The translations under genes and the position numbers were made by a program. From an uncultured Thermoplasmatales archaeon (GTDB lineage Archaea > Thermoplasmatota > E2 > UBA202 > JdFR-43): a DNA stretch of 32,694 nt. Shown here one piece after another: positions 1-8,890 of this stretch. Below the pieces are notes generated by a model. That model saw only the letters and a program-made list of their open reading frames with translations, made no database searches and had not been told where the DNA came from. The stretch lies in NCBI GenBank assembly GCA_964503915.1, contig CAZDCH010000003.1:1-32694 (forward strand). The letters are read 5' to 3'. Each line of letters begins with the position of its first letter. The first letter of the stretch is position 1.

Positions 1-2
1 TG

Positions 3-1598
3 ATGAAAATGATAAAAAAGAGATTTTTAGGAAAAGGGAAAATAGTACCAATTCTGATTGCATTTGTAATAATAACTGCGTTTGGAGCATTAATGTCAAT
101 TGAAAGAGCAGAAGCCACATGGAACAACCCAAATGATTATCAATATCATTACAAGATCATTATTTCAAATTCTAATTCCTCTACGCTCACAAATTTCCAG
201 TTGAAAATAATTCTTAATTCATCAGTTATAGACTATTCTCATTGGCTCAGCAATGGATATGATACTCTTTTCACCGATGCAACAAACACAACAATATACA
301 ATCATTACATGGAAGTATGGAATACAAGCGGAGATAGTATATTTTGGGTAAATGTTACCAACATACCTCCTGGAACATCTATAATGTATATGCACTGTGG
401 ACAGGCAGGAATTACAAGTGATCCTTCAGATTTTGATAATACATTTACAAAAAGTTATGCAGGAGATACTGCTTTAGATGTGGAATGGCTTTTAGATGAA
501 GGAACAGGAACAATAGCGGCAGACACATCAGGAAATAATATAAATGGAACTATAGTTGGTAATGCTACATGGGTTGGCTCAGAAGGGGGGCAATGGGACG
601 GATATACTGTAACATTTTCAACTGGTGATAGTATTCAGCTAGATGAAGGAGGAGATGCAGTAGAAGACAATGGACAGCTATCACATCCAACATCAGGCAC
701 ATGGGAAGTATGGTATAAGCATTTGGGAACTCCTTCATCAGATACAGCATATGTTGTATATTGTGATGCAGCTGAGACAAATGATGGAGATGCAGGCATA
801 TTAGTTTTAAATAATGATACAGTTAAGGCAAAAATAACAGATTCAACTCAGAGTTATGGCTTATACGGGGGAAATGTAGAAGTAGGAAAATGGTATCATC
901 TTGTACTTACACTAGATAATGGTATAGCAAAATTTTATGTGAATGGCGAATTAAAAGCATCTGCAACAACAAATGCATCATCTCTTGGAAATAATTTAAG
1001 AAATGTTTCATTAAGTAATTACTACAATCCATCTTACATACTAAACGGTATAGTGGATTCTTTCAGACAATATCACAGAGTCTTATCAGAAGAAGAAGTA
1101 GAAAGGCATTATTATAGAGCAAAATATGCAAATCCATTACCATCATATACAATTTCAGGAGGAGCAGTTGATATAACTCTTTCTGGTTATGATACCAACA
1201 AAGTGATATGGCTTCCAACTGCAACAATAACAGATACTACTGGCGATACAGTATGGAGCAACGAAACAAGCTATGGAATTTTAATATGTGAAAATACTGG
1301 AACATTAACAATAAATAATATGTCAATGTATATCACTGGTCCAACTGATTTTTCAGGAGAAATAATGTATGTGTATACAAACAAAAGTGGATCATGGCAG
1401 CTTTTGGGATCAGGAACTGATTCTGCTACAATAACTGTTATATCTTCAGGATCTCCATGGAGTCTTGTTCCAGGAGATAAAATATACTTTATTTTCAAGG
1501 TAATTTACCCAGCAGCTATAACAACAACAGACGGAACATATTATAGTGGAGGAACGCCACCGCCACAACTTGAATGCTATATCACAGCAGACATATGA
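3..1598 (+). CDS. Secreted DUF2341-like plus LamG/concanavalin-A-like lectin domain protein (531 aa)
   Basis: Long ORF with an N-terminal signal-peptide-like segment (KKRFLGKGKIVPILIAFVIITAFGALMSIERAEA). YHYKIIISNS..FWVNVTNIPPGTSIMYMHCG resembles DUF2341. GTWEVWYKH..WYHLVLTLDNGIAKFYVNGE..FRQYHRVLSEEEVERHY fits the LamG_3 pattern. I count 13 N-X-S/T sequons. Confidence 0.8.
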   Translation: MKMIKKRFLGKGKIVPILIAFVIITAFGALMSIERAEATWNNPNDYQYHYKIIISNSNSSTLTNFQLKIILNSSVIDYSHWLSNGYDTLFTDATNTTIYNHYMEVWNTSGDSIFWVNVTNIPPGTSIMYMHCGQAGITSDPSDFDNTFTKSYAGDTALDVEWLLDEGTGTIAADTSGNNINGTIVGNATWVGSEGGQWDGYTVTFSTGDSIQLDEGGDAVEDNGQLSHPTSGTWEVWYKHLGTPSSDTAYVVYCDAAETNDGDAGILVLNNDTVKAKITDSTQSYGLYGGNVEVGKWYHLVLTLDNGIAKFYVNGELKASATTNASSLGNNLRNVSLSNYYNPSYILNGIVDSFRQYHRVLSEEEVERHYYRAKYANPLPSYTISGGAVDITLSGYDTNKVIWLPTATITDTTGDTVWSNETSYGILICENTGTLTINNMSMYITGPTDFSGEIMYVYTNKSGSWQLLGSGTDSATITVISSGSPWSLVPGDKIYFIFKVIYPAAITTTDGTYYSGGTPPPQLECYITADI

Positions 1599-2899
1599 TA
1601 AGGAAAATCTTCCCCCTTCTTGTTATTCTATCTGCCATCTGTATTCATATATCTATAACAAGATCAGAATCTGATGCAACAACAAATAATAAATTTGTTG
1701 TATGGCTTGTAACTGATACTCACATTGGATCTACATCATATGGATATACCGATAAATATGTATTTCAGGATGCCATTCAAGATAGTGAAAATGATTGGAA
1801 TTTTGATTGGGATATAGCATTTGTTCTTGGTGATCTTACAGATAATGGATATGAAACAGAATATCAGAATTTTTCAGATGCATTTAGTGTGCTAACAATG
1901 CATAATCGTAGCGACTTTTATTGTATGTCAGGAAATCATGATGCTAAAAATGACGATGGCTCTCTTTTCAGAAAATATGTAGATCCAACAGGTGAAAATA
2001 CAGAATATAGTGGAGTTAACAATTCACAGAGAAAATTTAGTATAGAAAATGTAAGTGCAACAAAAGATTCATATACAGTAACAGTAGGAAATATACTTTT
2101 TATAGTAATGTCCCCAAATTGGAATAATAATGATTATTACAACTTTTCGTGGTGGTATAACATAGTTGAGAATGCTCCAGCCGATCTCAACATAATATGC
2201 TTATCTCACCATTGGGTAGAGGGTTGCGGAATTGGCGGTGGTCCAGTAAGTGGTATGGAAAACTCTGCTCAATTTGCTTCATGGATGGAAAATAATTCAG
2301 GAAGAATTTCAGCATGGTTAAATGGACATGAGCATTGGGATTACGATGCTGGAGAAACTTACATCTCAACAGCATGGGGAACAACATTTATTGATGCTTG
2401 TTCAATGGATGATGGTGGAACAGCTCAGACAGCATCAAAAAGTATAGTTCTCATATTTGAGGAAGGAAATACAACAGTAAAAGTTGGAGATTATTATCAC
2501 GGATTATCAACATTCAATTATTTAGATGGCGTTGAGCAATGGGATACAACAGATCCATGTAGAGGAAACACAACATTTGAATTATTATTTCCTTTCTATT
2601 TAGATCCTCCTCAGCCACGATTGCTCTTTTGTGAAAACTTCCCATGGAATGCTAGCAACATAACAATTAATACAACTAATCCAACATTTTGCTGGGACTG
2701 GAGCATTATTTCAAATCCCCTCTCGTATATACTCTTAGTTTATTCAACTGATGGAATGTTCAATTATACTGTAAATATTTCTCATTCAGAATTTCTTGTG
2801 GGAGATCATATAGAATATACATGGGGAACAAAAGGTGAACCTCCTCTGCCTAGGGGCAAAGAATATAAATGGAGGGTAAAATGTATCTACGCATTATAA
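1595..2899 (+). CDS. Secreted calcineurin-like metallophosphoesterase with C-terminal Fn3-like domain
   Basis: The ATG at 1595 forms an ATGA overlap with the upstream stop. Signal peptide MIRKIFPLLVILSAICIHISITRS. Metallophosphatase motifs appear in order: VTDTHIG, GDLTDNG, GNHD, SHHW, GHEHW. The C-terminus ends in a KEYKWRVK Fn3-like signature that is shared with the next genes. Confidence 0.8.
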   Translation: MIRKIFPLLVILSAICIHISITRSESDATTNNKFVVWLVTDTHIGSTSYGYTDKYVFQDAIQDSENDWNFDWDIAFVLGDLTDNGYETEYQNFSDAFSVLTMHNRSDFYCMSGNHDAKNDDGSLFRKYVDPTGENTEYSGVNNSQRKFSIENVSATKDSYTVTVGNILFIVMSPNWNNNDYYNFSWWYNIVENAPADLNIICLSHHWVEGCGIGGGPVSGMENSAQFASWMENNSGRISAWLNGHEHWDYDAGETYISTAWGTTFIDACSMDDGGTAQTASKSIVLIFEEGNTTVKVGDYYHGLSTFNYLDGVEQWDTTDPCRGNTTFELLFPFYLDPPQPRLLFCENFPWNASNITINTTNPTFCWDWSIISNPLSYILLVYSTDGMFNYTVNISHSEFLVGDHIEYTWGTKGEPPLPRGKEYKWRVKCIYAL

Positions 2900-3225
2900 T
2901 AATTGCCATTTTGATTGCAATCATTCCTATAAGTTATGCAACAGATACAGAACATTTCGATATAGCATTTCCCATAGATTATCAAATAATTAAGGAAAGT
3001 GATTGGAGTGATACAGGAAACTTTACTGTTTTAGAAGATAATGGAACTCCGCCTCCCCAAGGAGCAGATACAGAATATTTCGATATTGCCTTCACTACCG
3101 ATTATGTAAGTGGAAATGGAGGATTAATAGATAATGAAACAAATACAGATTATCTGTTTGGAATTATTGTTAGTATTATTCTTCTCAATTTCTTAATTGT
3201 TATAATAGGGGGGTTGAGAAAATGA
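2881..3225 (+). CDS. Small type-I membrane protein with an N-terminal DTEHFDIAFPIDYQ motif (2 copies)
   Basis: GGAGGG sits 5 nt upstream of the ATG at 2881. Signal peptide MYLRIIIIAILIAIIPISYA is followed at once by TDTEHFDIAFPIDYQ. A second, degenerate copy is DTEYFDIAFTTDYV. There is a C-terminal TM helix (LFGIIVSIILLNFLIVIIGG). Confidence 0.6.
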   Translation: MYLRIIIIAILIAIIPISYATDTEHFDIAFPIDYQIIKESDWSDTGNFTVLEDNGTPPPQGADTEYFDIAFTTDYVSGNGGLIDNETNTDYLFGIIVSIILLNFLIVIIGGLRK

Positions 3226-3395
3226 AAGAAATGAAAAATAAAATATTGGTTACAATTGTATTAATTTTATCCATATTTGTTAATGCAATGGCAACAGATA
3301 CAGAACATTTCGATATAGCATTTCCTATAGATTATCAGGCCACACCGCAGGAAGATACAGAACATTTCGATATAGCATTTCCTATAGATTATCAG
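2944..3395 (+). repeat. Four copies of a 42-nt coding repeat (gatacagaacatttcgatatagcatttcc[ct]atagattatca[ag]) spread over two adjacent genes
   Basis: Copies lie at 2944-2985, 3067-3108 (diverged), 3297-3338 and 3354-3395. The last two are identical over 42 nt and 57 nt apart. Copy 1 differs from them at 2 synonymous positions. Confidence 0.9.
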
Positions 3396-4148
3396 GCAGG
3401 AGATCCTCCAAACATAACAATAAATTCTCCTCCTACCCCTGCCAACAACTCAATTGATGTTGATATAAATGTAACATTCTCATTTGATGTAGATGATCCA
3501 AATGGAGATTTGCTTACAGTTACTTTATGGAAATATGAATCAGATGGAACATGGACCACATGGAATGAAACAACTGTTACTCCACCAGCAACAGTTACTT
3601 TCCAACGCAGCTTAGCATACAATACAACATACAAATGGAGAGCGAGTGTTCAAGATGAAACAAATTTAGTATATGCGAACTTCTATGGATGGACATTTAC
3701 AACCATTGAGGAAGGAGAAACACCAAATCATCCACCAGTTATATCTGATCCTTCGCCAGCAGATGGCGCCACCGGAGTATCATATCCATCTGTAATTTTA
3801 TGGGTAAACGTAACTGATCTAGATAATGATAGCATACAAGTTACATTTTACAATGCCAGCGATGGTAGCATAATACATCAAACAGAGTGGATACAGAGTA
3901 GTGATGGAAAATTTAGAGTAGGAGCAAATTATACAAATCTAGCTCCTGCCACCACCTATTATTGGTATGTAACAGCAAATGATGGAAAAACAATTACAAC
4001 TTCTCCAACATGGAGCTTCACCACCATGGAAAAAACAACAGGAAATGGAGATATAATAATAGAAATATCAAATGAATGGATATGGATTGCAATAATTCTA
4101 GTTGTAATTGTTGTTATGATGGCTTTCTTAATTATGGTCAGGTGGTAA
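3222..4148 (+). CDS. Secreted protein with two Fn3/Ig-like domains and a C-terminal TM anchor; N-terminal DTEHFDIAFPIDYQ x2
   Basis: ATGA overlap with the upstream stop. Signal peptide ..LILSIFVNAMA is followed by the TDTEHF.. motif twice. Two beta-rich modules end in TTYKWRASVQDETN and TTYYWYVTANDG..WSFTT. C-terminal helix WIWIAIILVVIVVMMAFLIMV. Confidence 0.75.
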   Translation: MKEMKNKILVTIVLILSIFVNAMATDTEHFDIAFPIDYQATPQEDTEHFDIAFPIDYQAGDPPNITINSPPTPANNSIDVDINVTFSFDVDDPNGDLLTVTLWKYESDGTWTTWNETTVTPPATVTFQRSLAYNTTYKWRASVQDETNLVYANFYGWTFTTIEEGETPNHPPVISDPSPADGATGVSYPSVILWVNVTDLDNDSIQVTFYNASDGSIIHQTEWIQSSDGKFRVGANYTNLAPATTYYWYVTANDGKTITTSPTWSFTTMEKTTGNGDIIIEISNEWIWIAIILVVIVVMMAFLIMVRW

Positions 4149-4149
4149 A

Positions 4150-4650
4150 ATGAAAAAGATAAAGGAGATATTGGGAAAAGTTGGGCCTATAGCAATACCA
4201 ATGCTAATGATGATGATACCAAACGCAGCAGCAACAAATCAAACTGGGATTAGTCAAGAAGAAGGAACAATCATAGCAGCTGCAGTATTTTTCTACTTGC
4301 TGGGAGCTGCAATAATATTTCTCGGGTTGCCACAACGGAAAGAAAAGAAAATTGCAGGATATATCACAGCAATAGGTATTGCATTGGCAATTATGGCAAT
4401 AATATTCTATTTTATTGAATTTGCTACTGGTTGGAACATTACATTCTGGACAAAATGGATAGATTATGCTGGACATAAAACAGCTGTATTGACAGCAGCT
4501 GCAGGAGCATTCTTAATTATGCTAGCAACTGCATATCTGGCATATCAAGAGAAAAATCAAAGGAGGGAGAGAGACATAGTAATACTTGGAATAATTGCGA
4601 TGCTGGTATATTCAATAATAATTCTATTCCCTGCTCTAACCTTTATCTAA
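4150..4650 (+). CDS. Polytopic membrane protein (about 4-5 TM)
   Basis: The ORF starts 1 nt after the upstream stop and has several long hydrophobic segments. I recognise no family. Confidence 0.65.
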   Translation: MKKIKEILGKVGPIAIPMLMMMIPNAAATNQTGISQEEGTIIAAAVFFYLLGAAIIFLGLPQRKEKKIAGYITAIGIALAIMAIIFYFIEFATGWNITFWTKWIDYAGHKTAVLTAAAGAFLIMLATAYLAYQEKNQRRERDIVILGIIAMLVYSIIILFPALTFI

Positions 4651-4689
4651 AGGCCCAATAAAAAGGAAGGAAGGAATTTTGGAGGTAAG

Positions 4690-6075
4690 ATGAAAAGGAA
4701 AAAGATGAAAATAATAAAATGGAAAGTGTTGCTCATACTTGCAGTTATTATTCATTTATCCTATTTGATTTCAGCAGAATGTATAGATGAATCTCAAACT
4801 AATATTGATATTGCATATGGAATCATGCCAACAGATGCAAGAGCTCAAAGTTTCAAAATAGATGATGGAGAGTGGATTTACAGAATAGATTTTTATTATG
4901 AGCCAGGAGATCTAGGCTATTTAATCTGCTGTTTAGATGATGATTTAAATCCAAAAAATGGAAATCTAACAGAACATATATTTGATGTTTCTTCATGGAC
5001 AGCTGGATGGCATACATGGAATATTAGAAACATATCTGGAGATGTTGAAGTTTCTGCAGGAACAACTTATTATTTGATCCTAACACCACTTGGGTTGGGA
5101 ACATCTGGAGGAAGTTGGTATGGCGCTGATTCCGATCCAGATCAATATCCAAATGGAGAAGCATATCTTTATCATGATGATACATGGAGTTCATTAGGTT
5201 ATGGAAAGGATTATGCTTTCATTGTTTATACTGATGTAAATCCTGTAGCATCATTTACATATTACACAGATTTACTGACAATATATACTAATGCCTCCAG
5301 TTCATATACTCCAGATGGGGATCCTATCACAAGCTATCAATGGGATTGGAATGGAGATGGAATATGGGATGATACAGGAATTACAGCAAATCATACATAT
5401 TCGCTTCCAGGAACTTATACGGTCCAGCTGAAAGTAACAGATGAAGACGGTCATATAGATATACAAAGTAAGCAAATAACAGTTTCATCAAATCAACCAC
5501 CGATTGCAAATTTCACATATTCTCCAGAAAACATAACAATCAATGAAACTGTTCACTTTACAGATCTATCATATGATCCTGATGGAAGCATAATAAACTG
5601 GACATGGAATTTTGGAGATGGAAATTATAGCTATGAGCAAAATCCCAGTCATGTATATGAAAATGCTGGCCATTATGATGTTACTCTAACAGTTACTGAC
5701 AACAGCGGAGGCACAAATTCAACAACAAAAACGATAACAGTTAGTGAAAAAAATGAAAATGGCTCTTCATGGTTTACTTGGAAACTGCCTTTCTCATGGT
5801 TTGCAATTTTTCTAACAGCGTTCACAGGCATATGCGGGTTCAGTTTATCAGCATTTTTTTTGAAACCCGAGTCTATAAAAGCATTAGGATATGCTCCAGC
5901 TGCCGGCAGCATTCTTACAACAATTCTTCTTATTGCAGTCATATTAATGTATCATGCGGGTGTTGCATGGTATTACATTGCATTAATCATTCTACTCATC
6001 ATTTTCATCCTTTACATTACTATAAAAGTAGTTATTAGCAAAAAAGGAAGAAAATTCTTAAGGAAGGTGCTATAA
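4690..6075 (+). CDS. Surface protein: N-terminal beta-sandwich domain, two PKD domains, C-terminal TM segments
   Basis: GGAGGT lies just upstream of the ATG, and there is a signal peptide. Two PKD-type repeats are present (ASFTYYT..WDWNGDG..HTYSLPGTYTVQLKVTDEDG and ANFTYSP..WNFGDGN..HVYENAGHYDVTLTVTDNSGG), followed by 3 hydrophobic helices. Confidence 0.8.
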   Translation: MKRKKMKIIKWKVLLILAVIIHLSYLISAECIDESQTNIDIAYGIMPTDARAQSFKIDDGEWIYRIDFYYEPGDLGYLICCLDDDLNPKNGNLTEHIFDVSSWTAGWHTWNIRNISGDVEVSAGTTYYLILTPLGLGTSGGSWYGADSDPDQYPNGEAYLYHDDTWSSLGYGKDYAFIVYTDVNPVASFTYYTDLLTIYTNASSSYTPDGDPITSYQWDWNGDGIWDDTGITANHTYSLPGTYTVQLKVTDEDGHIDIQSKQITVSSNQPPIANFTYSPENITINETVHFTDLSYDPDGSIINWTWNFGDGNYSYEQNPSHVYENAGHYDVTLTVTDNSGGTNSTTKTITVSEKNENGSSWFTWKLPFSWFAIFLTAFTGICGFSLSAFFLKPESIKALGYAPAAGSILTTILLIAVILMYHAGVAWYYIALIILLIIFILYITIKVVISKKGRKFLRKVL

Positions 6076-6782
6076 TGGGATGGACAGATGATATAGATAC
6101 AGAGGGATTAGTGGAAGAAAATCCATTCGTTTTCATCATAATTGGAATAATAGGAGCAATAGCTGTTACAATCTTACATTTTGTCGGCATAGATTATCAG
6201 CCGGGATGGTTCCAAGGACAAAATTTGTTATCTACCATTGGCTTAATCTTCCTAATTGTTTTCATTCCAGCAATAGCTTTATCAACATTAACTGGAAGAA
6301 GTGATTTAGTAAAATGGGAGGCAATTTTTTTACTAATTTCTGTTGCATTAATATTTATAGGTAATAACTTTGATTTTGATAAGTTTCTCGAAGCAATAAG
6401 AGAAGCAAAAATATTCAATACAAGTTGGGATACTTCAGATGTGATCACTGCAATTTTAATCGCTACAATAGGCATTTCTATCATTGCAACAGCATTTACA
6501 GGAAAAGGATTTAGCATAGGAACTGCATTAATTGTCCTAATTTGCTTTATAGGTTTAGGAATTATCAATTTTCCAGAGAAACTAGGAGGAGGAACTCATC
6601 AATTTATATCAAATCTAATTGGCGGAGATTTCGGAAAAGCAGTAGGAATAGGAGGATTGGCTACAGGGGGAGCATTAATAACATATGGAGCTATAGCAGG
6701 CTCGATGGGCCCAATAGGTATAGGAGCATTTGCAATAGGAGCTGGAATTTATTTGCTGGGGGCAAACATGGGATGGTGGTAA
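6075..6782 (+). CDS. Polytopic membrane protein with a glycine-zipper-rich C-terminus
   Basis: TAATG start/stop overlap. Multiple TM helices. The C-terminus reads GGDFGKAVGIGGLATGGALITYGAIAGSMGPIGIGAFAIGAGIYLLGA. Confidence 0.65.
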   Translation: MGWTDDIDTEGLVEENPFVFIIIGIIGAIAVTILHFVGIDYQPGWFQGQNLLSTIGLIFLIVFIPAIALSTLTGRSDLVKWEAIFLLISVALIFIGNNFDFDKFLEAIREAKIFNTSWDTSDVITAILIATIGISIIATAFTGKGFSIGTALIVLICFIGLGIINFPEKLGGGTHQFISNLIGGDFGKAVGIGGLATGGALITYGAIAGSMGPIGIGAFAIGAGIYLLGANMGWW

Positions 6783-6787
6783 TTAAA

Positions 6788-7114
6788 ATGAAAAGGGGAA
6801 AAACAATCCTTGGAATAACTGCAATTGCAGTTGCACTAGCTTCAATTATTCCAGTCATAGCCCATATTATCTTTTCCGCCTTAGGTTATATCTTTACAAT
6901 GATAGGAGCAGGCTTTTCATTGCTTGCAGCATGGTTTGCAAAAGCTTCTGATGAACCTCATGAAAAAGCAATTTGGGGAGGAATATTGCTTGCTCTAATA
7001 ATGGCAATGATCTATTACTTAGGATTACCTCTGCTAAAATACTGGTGGCTAATCATCCTTGCAATTATCATCTTTCTCATAGCAGTTTTCAATGCATGGA
7101 TAAGAAAAAAATGA
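6788..7114 (+). CDS. Small hydrophobic protein (108 aa, about 3-4 TM)
   Basis: I use the internal ATG at 6788 (MKRGKTILGITAIAVALASI..). The upstream part of track ORF 6542-7114 is R/N/S-rich and overlaps the previous gene in another frame. Confidence 0.6.
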   Translation: MKRGKTILGITAIAVALASIIPVIAHIIFSALGYIFTMIGAGFSLLAAWFAKASDEPHEKAIWGGILLALIMAMIYYLGLPLLKYWWLIILAIIIFLIAVFNAWIRKK

Positions 7115-7215
7115 AGCTAAAAATAGAAAGTTATAGGGATTTCCTCAAATTCTATTGGATAGTTGTAATTATATTTGTAAGTGTAACATTGTTTCTAACA
7201 TGGTGGTTGGGATGA
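7111..7215 (+). CDS. Tiny single-pass membrane protein (34 aa)
   Basis: ATGA overlap with the upstream stop. MKLKIESYRDFLKFYWIVVIIFVSVTLFLTWWLG has one TM helix. The ORF is very short, so confidence is low. Confidence 0.35.
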   Translation: MKLKIESYRDFLKFYWIVVIIFVSVTLFLTWWLG

Positions 7216-7445
7216 ACAAAGAGAAAAAAATGATACAAAGGGAAAAAATAATAGAATTATTCAAAAAAGGAAAAACAATAGAAGAAATTGGTAAAGAATT
7301 AGGGATGAATCTACAAAAAATTAGCAATATTTTGAAAAATCATAGAATAAAAGTCCATAGTGGTTCTTTTCCAAAGTATCTTAAAAATTTCAGAAACAGA
7401 ATCATAGAAATTAGTCTGGATAGAAAAAAGGAGGTGAAAATATAA
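7212..7445 (+). CDS. Small helix-turn-helix protein (77 aa)
   Basis: ATGA overlap with the upstream stop. IIELFKKGKTIEEIGKELGMNLQKISNILKNH is a typical HTH pattern. Confidence 0.55.
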   Translation: MNKEKKMIQREKIIELFKKGKTIEEIGKELGMNLQKISNILKNHRIKVHSGSFPKYLKNFRNRIIEISLDRKKEVKI

Positions 7446-7525
7446 ATACAATAATAAAATTTGCATCAGCTCCCGCAACATGGGCGATATACTTCATAGG
7501 GATAATTTTATTCATATTTCTCAGC

Positions 7526-7861
7526 ATGAAGTTTAATTATAGCAGGGAAACATGGAAGGATTTCTTCCGCATTTACTTTGGCATAGGAGCATTTTTATTT
7601 GGACTAGCAGCAGGCTTCCAGGGAATAGCTGAGGCAATAGGCGCACAAATTCATTTAGATTATTCAATTAAAAGCATTATAACACTCATTTTCATGCTAC
7701 TCTATATCTTTTTGTTATATAAGACTTCAAAGAGTTTGTTTGAGAAAAGGGGATATGAATGGATGGGGGCAATATTTGCATTATTTTTCATAGGCTGCAT
7801 AATAAATGCTATTTTAACAGGAGGAAAATATCTTCCTTTTGTGGGGTGGTTGCTTGGCTAG
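7526..7861 (+). CDS. Small membrane protein (111 aa from the ATG; possibly N-terminally longer, from a near-cognate ATA at 7442)
   Basis: Hydrophobic ORF. The in-frame upstream stretch 7442-7525 is open and encodes a TM-like helix (ATWAIYFIGIILFIFLS). It is preceded by GGAGGTGA (7430-7437). Confidence 0.6.
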   Translation: MKFNYSRETWKDFFRIYFGIGAFLFGLAAGFQGIAEAIGAQIHLDYSIKSIITLIFMLLYIFLLYKTSKSLFEKRGYEWMGAIFALFFIGCIINAILTGGKYLPFVGWLLG

Positions 7862-7868
7862 GAGAGGA

Positions 7869-8021
7869 ATGGGGACAAAAATACTGATTGCAATATTGGC
7901 ATTAGTTGGCTTAACAGTCTTAATAGATAAAGTTGCAAATACACAAATTTTCGATACATTGTATAATAAATTTATAGAATTTGTTCAATGGTTAGCTAAT
8001 TTAATAGGAGGGAAAGCATGA
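7869..8021 (+). CDS. Small hydrophobic protein (50 aa)
   Basis: Internal ATG of track ORF 7839-8021. MGTKILIAILALVGLTVLIDKV.. has one TM helix plus an amphipathic helix. Its stop overlaps the next start (ATGA). Confidence 0.4.
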   Translation: MGTKILIAILALVGLTVLIDKVANTQIFDTLYNKFIEFVQWLANLIGGKA

Positions 8022-8317
8022 CAAATTTACAAATAGCATTGATCTTGCTCGGAATATCGATCTTCCTTATTATTTCATCATATAAAATTTCAAGGATCAA
8101 AACAAAAAGAATGAGAAAGCACGTTATGACAGCAATAGGAATATTTCTCATGGCATTTGGAATATACGAACTCCCTTGGGGAGTTATGGAAGTATATAAA
8201 ATTACAGAGGACATATTCAACTTCAATTTAATTGAAAACTATACTTTCTGGACGATCATCTGCATTATCTGCATCATAGTTGGCTACATTCTTTATAGAG
8301 GAGGAAGGAAAAAATGA
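8018..8317 (+). CDS. Small membrane protein (99 aa, about 3 TM)
   Basis: ATGA overlap and hydrophobic helices. Confidence 0.6.
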   Translation: MTNLQIALILLGISIFLIISSYKISRIKTKRMRKHVMTAIGIFLMAFGIYELPWGVMEVYKITEDIFNFNLIENYTFWTIICIICIIVGYILYRGGRKK

Positions 8318-8589
8318 GTAAAAGGAAAAAAATTGCGATAATAGGAATCGTTGCCACCTTAGCTACCTTAATCGGAGGAATAGCAAACATTTATCACTGG
8401 TGGGAAATAGATTGGAATGCAATTTCCTATCATCCAGCCGTTCCATTTCTGGGGTTGATGAGCTGGATCGGAATTGCTGCAATTTACAAATTGAGAAAAA
8501 TAAGGAATATAGCCTTGTGGTTGATTGCTACTTTCTGGCTCTTTTACAATATCCTTCTCCTGTTGATGATTTATGGGTGGTTGAAATGA
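8314..8589 (+). CDS. Small membrane protein (91 aa, about 3 TM)
   Basis: ATGA overlap and hydrophobic helices. Confidence 0.6.
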   Translation: MSKRKKIAIIGIVATLATLIGGIANIYHWWEIDWNAISYHPAVPFLGLMSWIGIAAIYKLRKIRNIALWLIATFWLFYNILLLLMIYGWLK

Positions 8590-8885
8590 AAAGAAGTATA
8601 TTTAGAAGAAAGAAAAAAGGAAGGAAGGAAAAAAGGAGATGGATCCAATCTGCAATAAAAAAACCAGGCGCGTTGAGTCGCCAGCTAGGTATTCCAGAGG
8701 AAGAAGATATCCCAATTAGATTACTCCAAAAAATTAAGAATACAGAAATTGGAACTACTATAAAAAATCCAACAAAAAAGGGAAAGAGAAGAATAAAAGT
8801 AACTAGGCTATTAAAAAGAAGAGCTGTTTTAGCATTAACATTGAAGAAATTAAGAAGAAGGAAAAAGAAAAAAAGAAGGAGGTGA
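8586..8885 (+). CDS. Highly basic small protein with a poly-K/R tail (99 aa)
   Basis: Internal ATG at 8586 with an ATGA overlap. MKRSIFRRKKKGRKEKRR..KKPGALSRQLGIPEEEDIP..KRRAVLALTLKKLRRRKKKKRRR. The upstream part of track ORF 8400-8885 overlaps the previous gene. Confidence 0.55.
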   Translation: MKRSIFRRKKKGRKEKRRWIQSAIKKPGALSRQLGIPEEEDIPIRLLQKIKNTEIGTTIKNPTKKGKRRIKVTRLLKRRAVLALTLKKLRRRKKKKRRR

Positions 8886-8890
8886 TAAAA

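Noticed and set aside
5673-6038. ORFs 5673-5942 (minus) and 5769-6038 (plus, other frame) inside the PKD-protein gene
   Set aside because: They are nested in a gene with clear PKD domains and C-terminal TM helices, and they have Cys/His/Ser-rich nonsense composition.
6542-6787. N-terminal 82 codons of track ORF 6542-7114, and similarly 8400-8585 of ORF 8400-8885
   Set aside because: These extensions are R/N/S-rich and overlap the preceding membrane-protein genes in another frame. Internal ATGs at 6788 and 8586 give sensible proteins with start/stop coupling.
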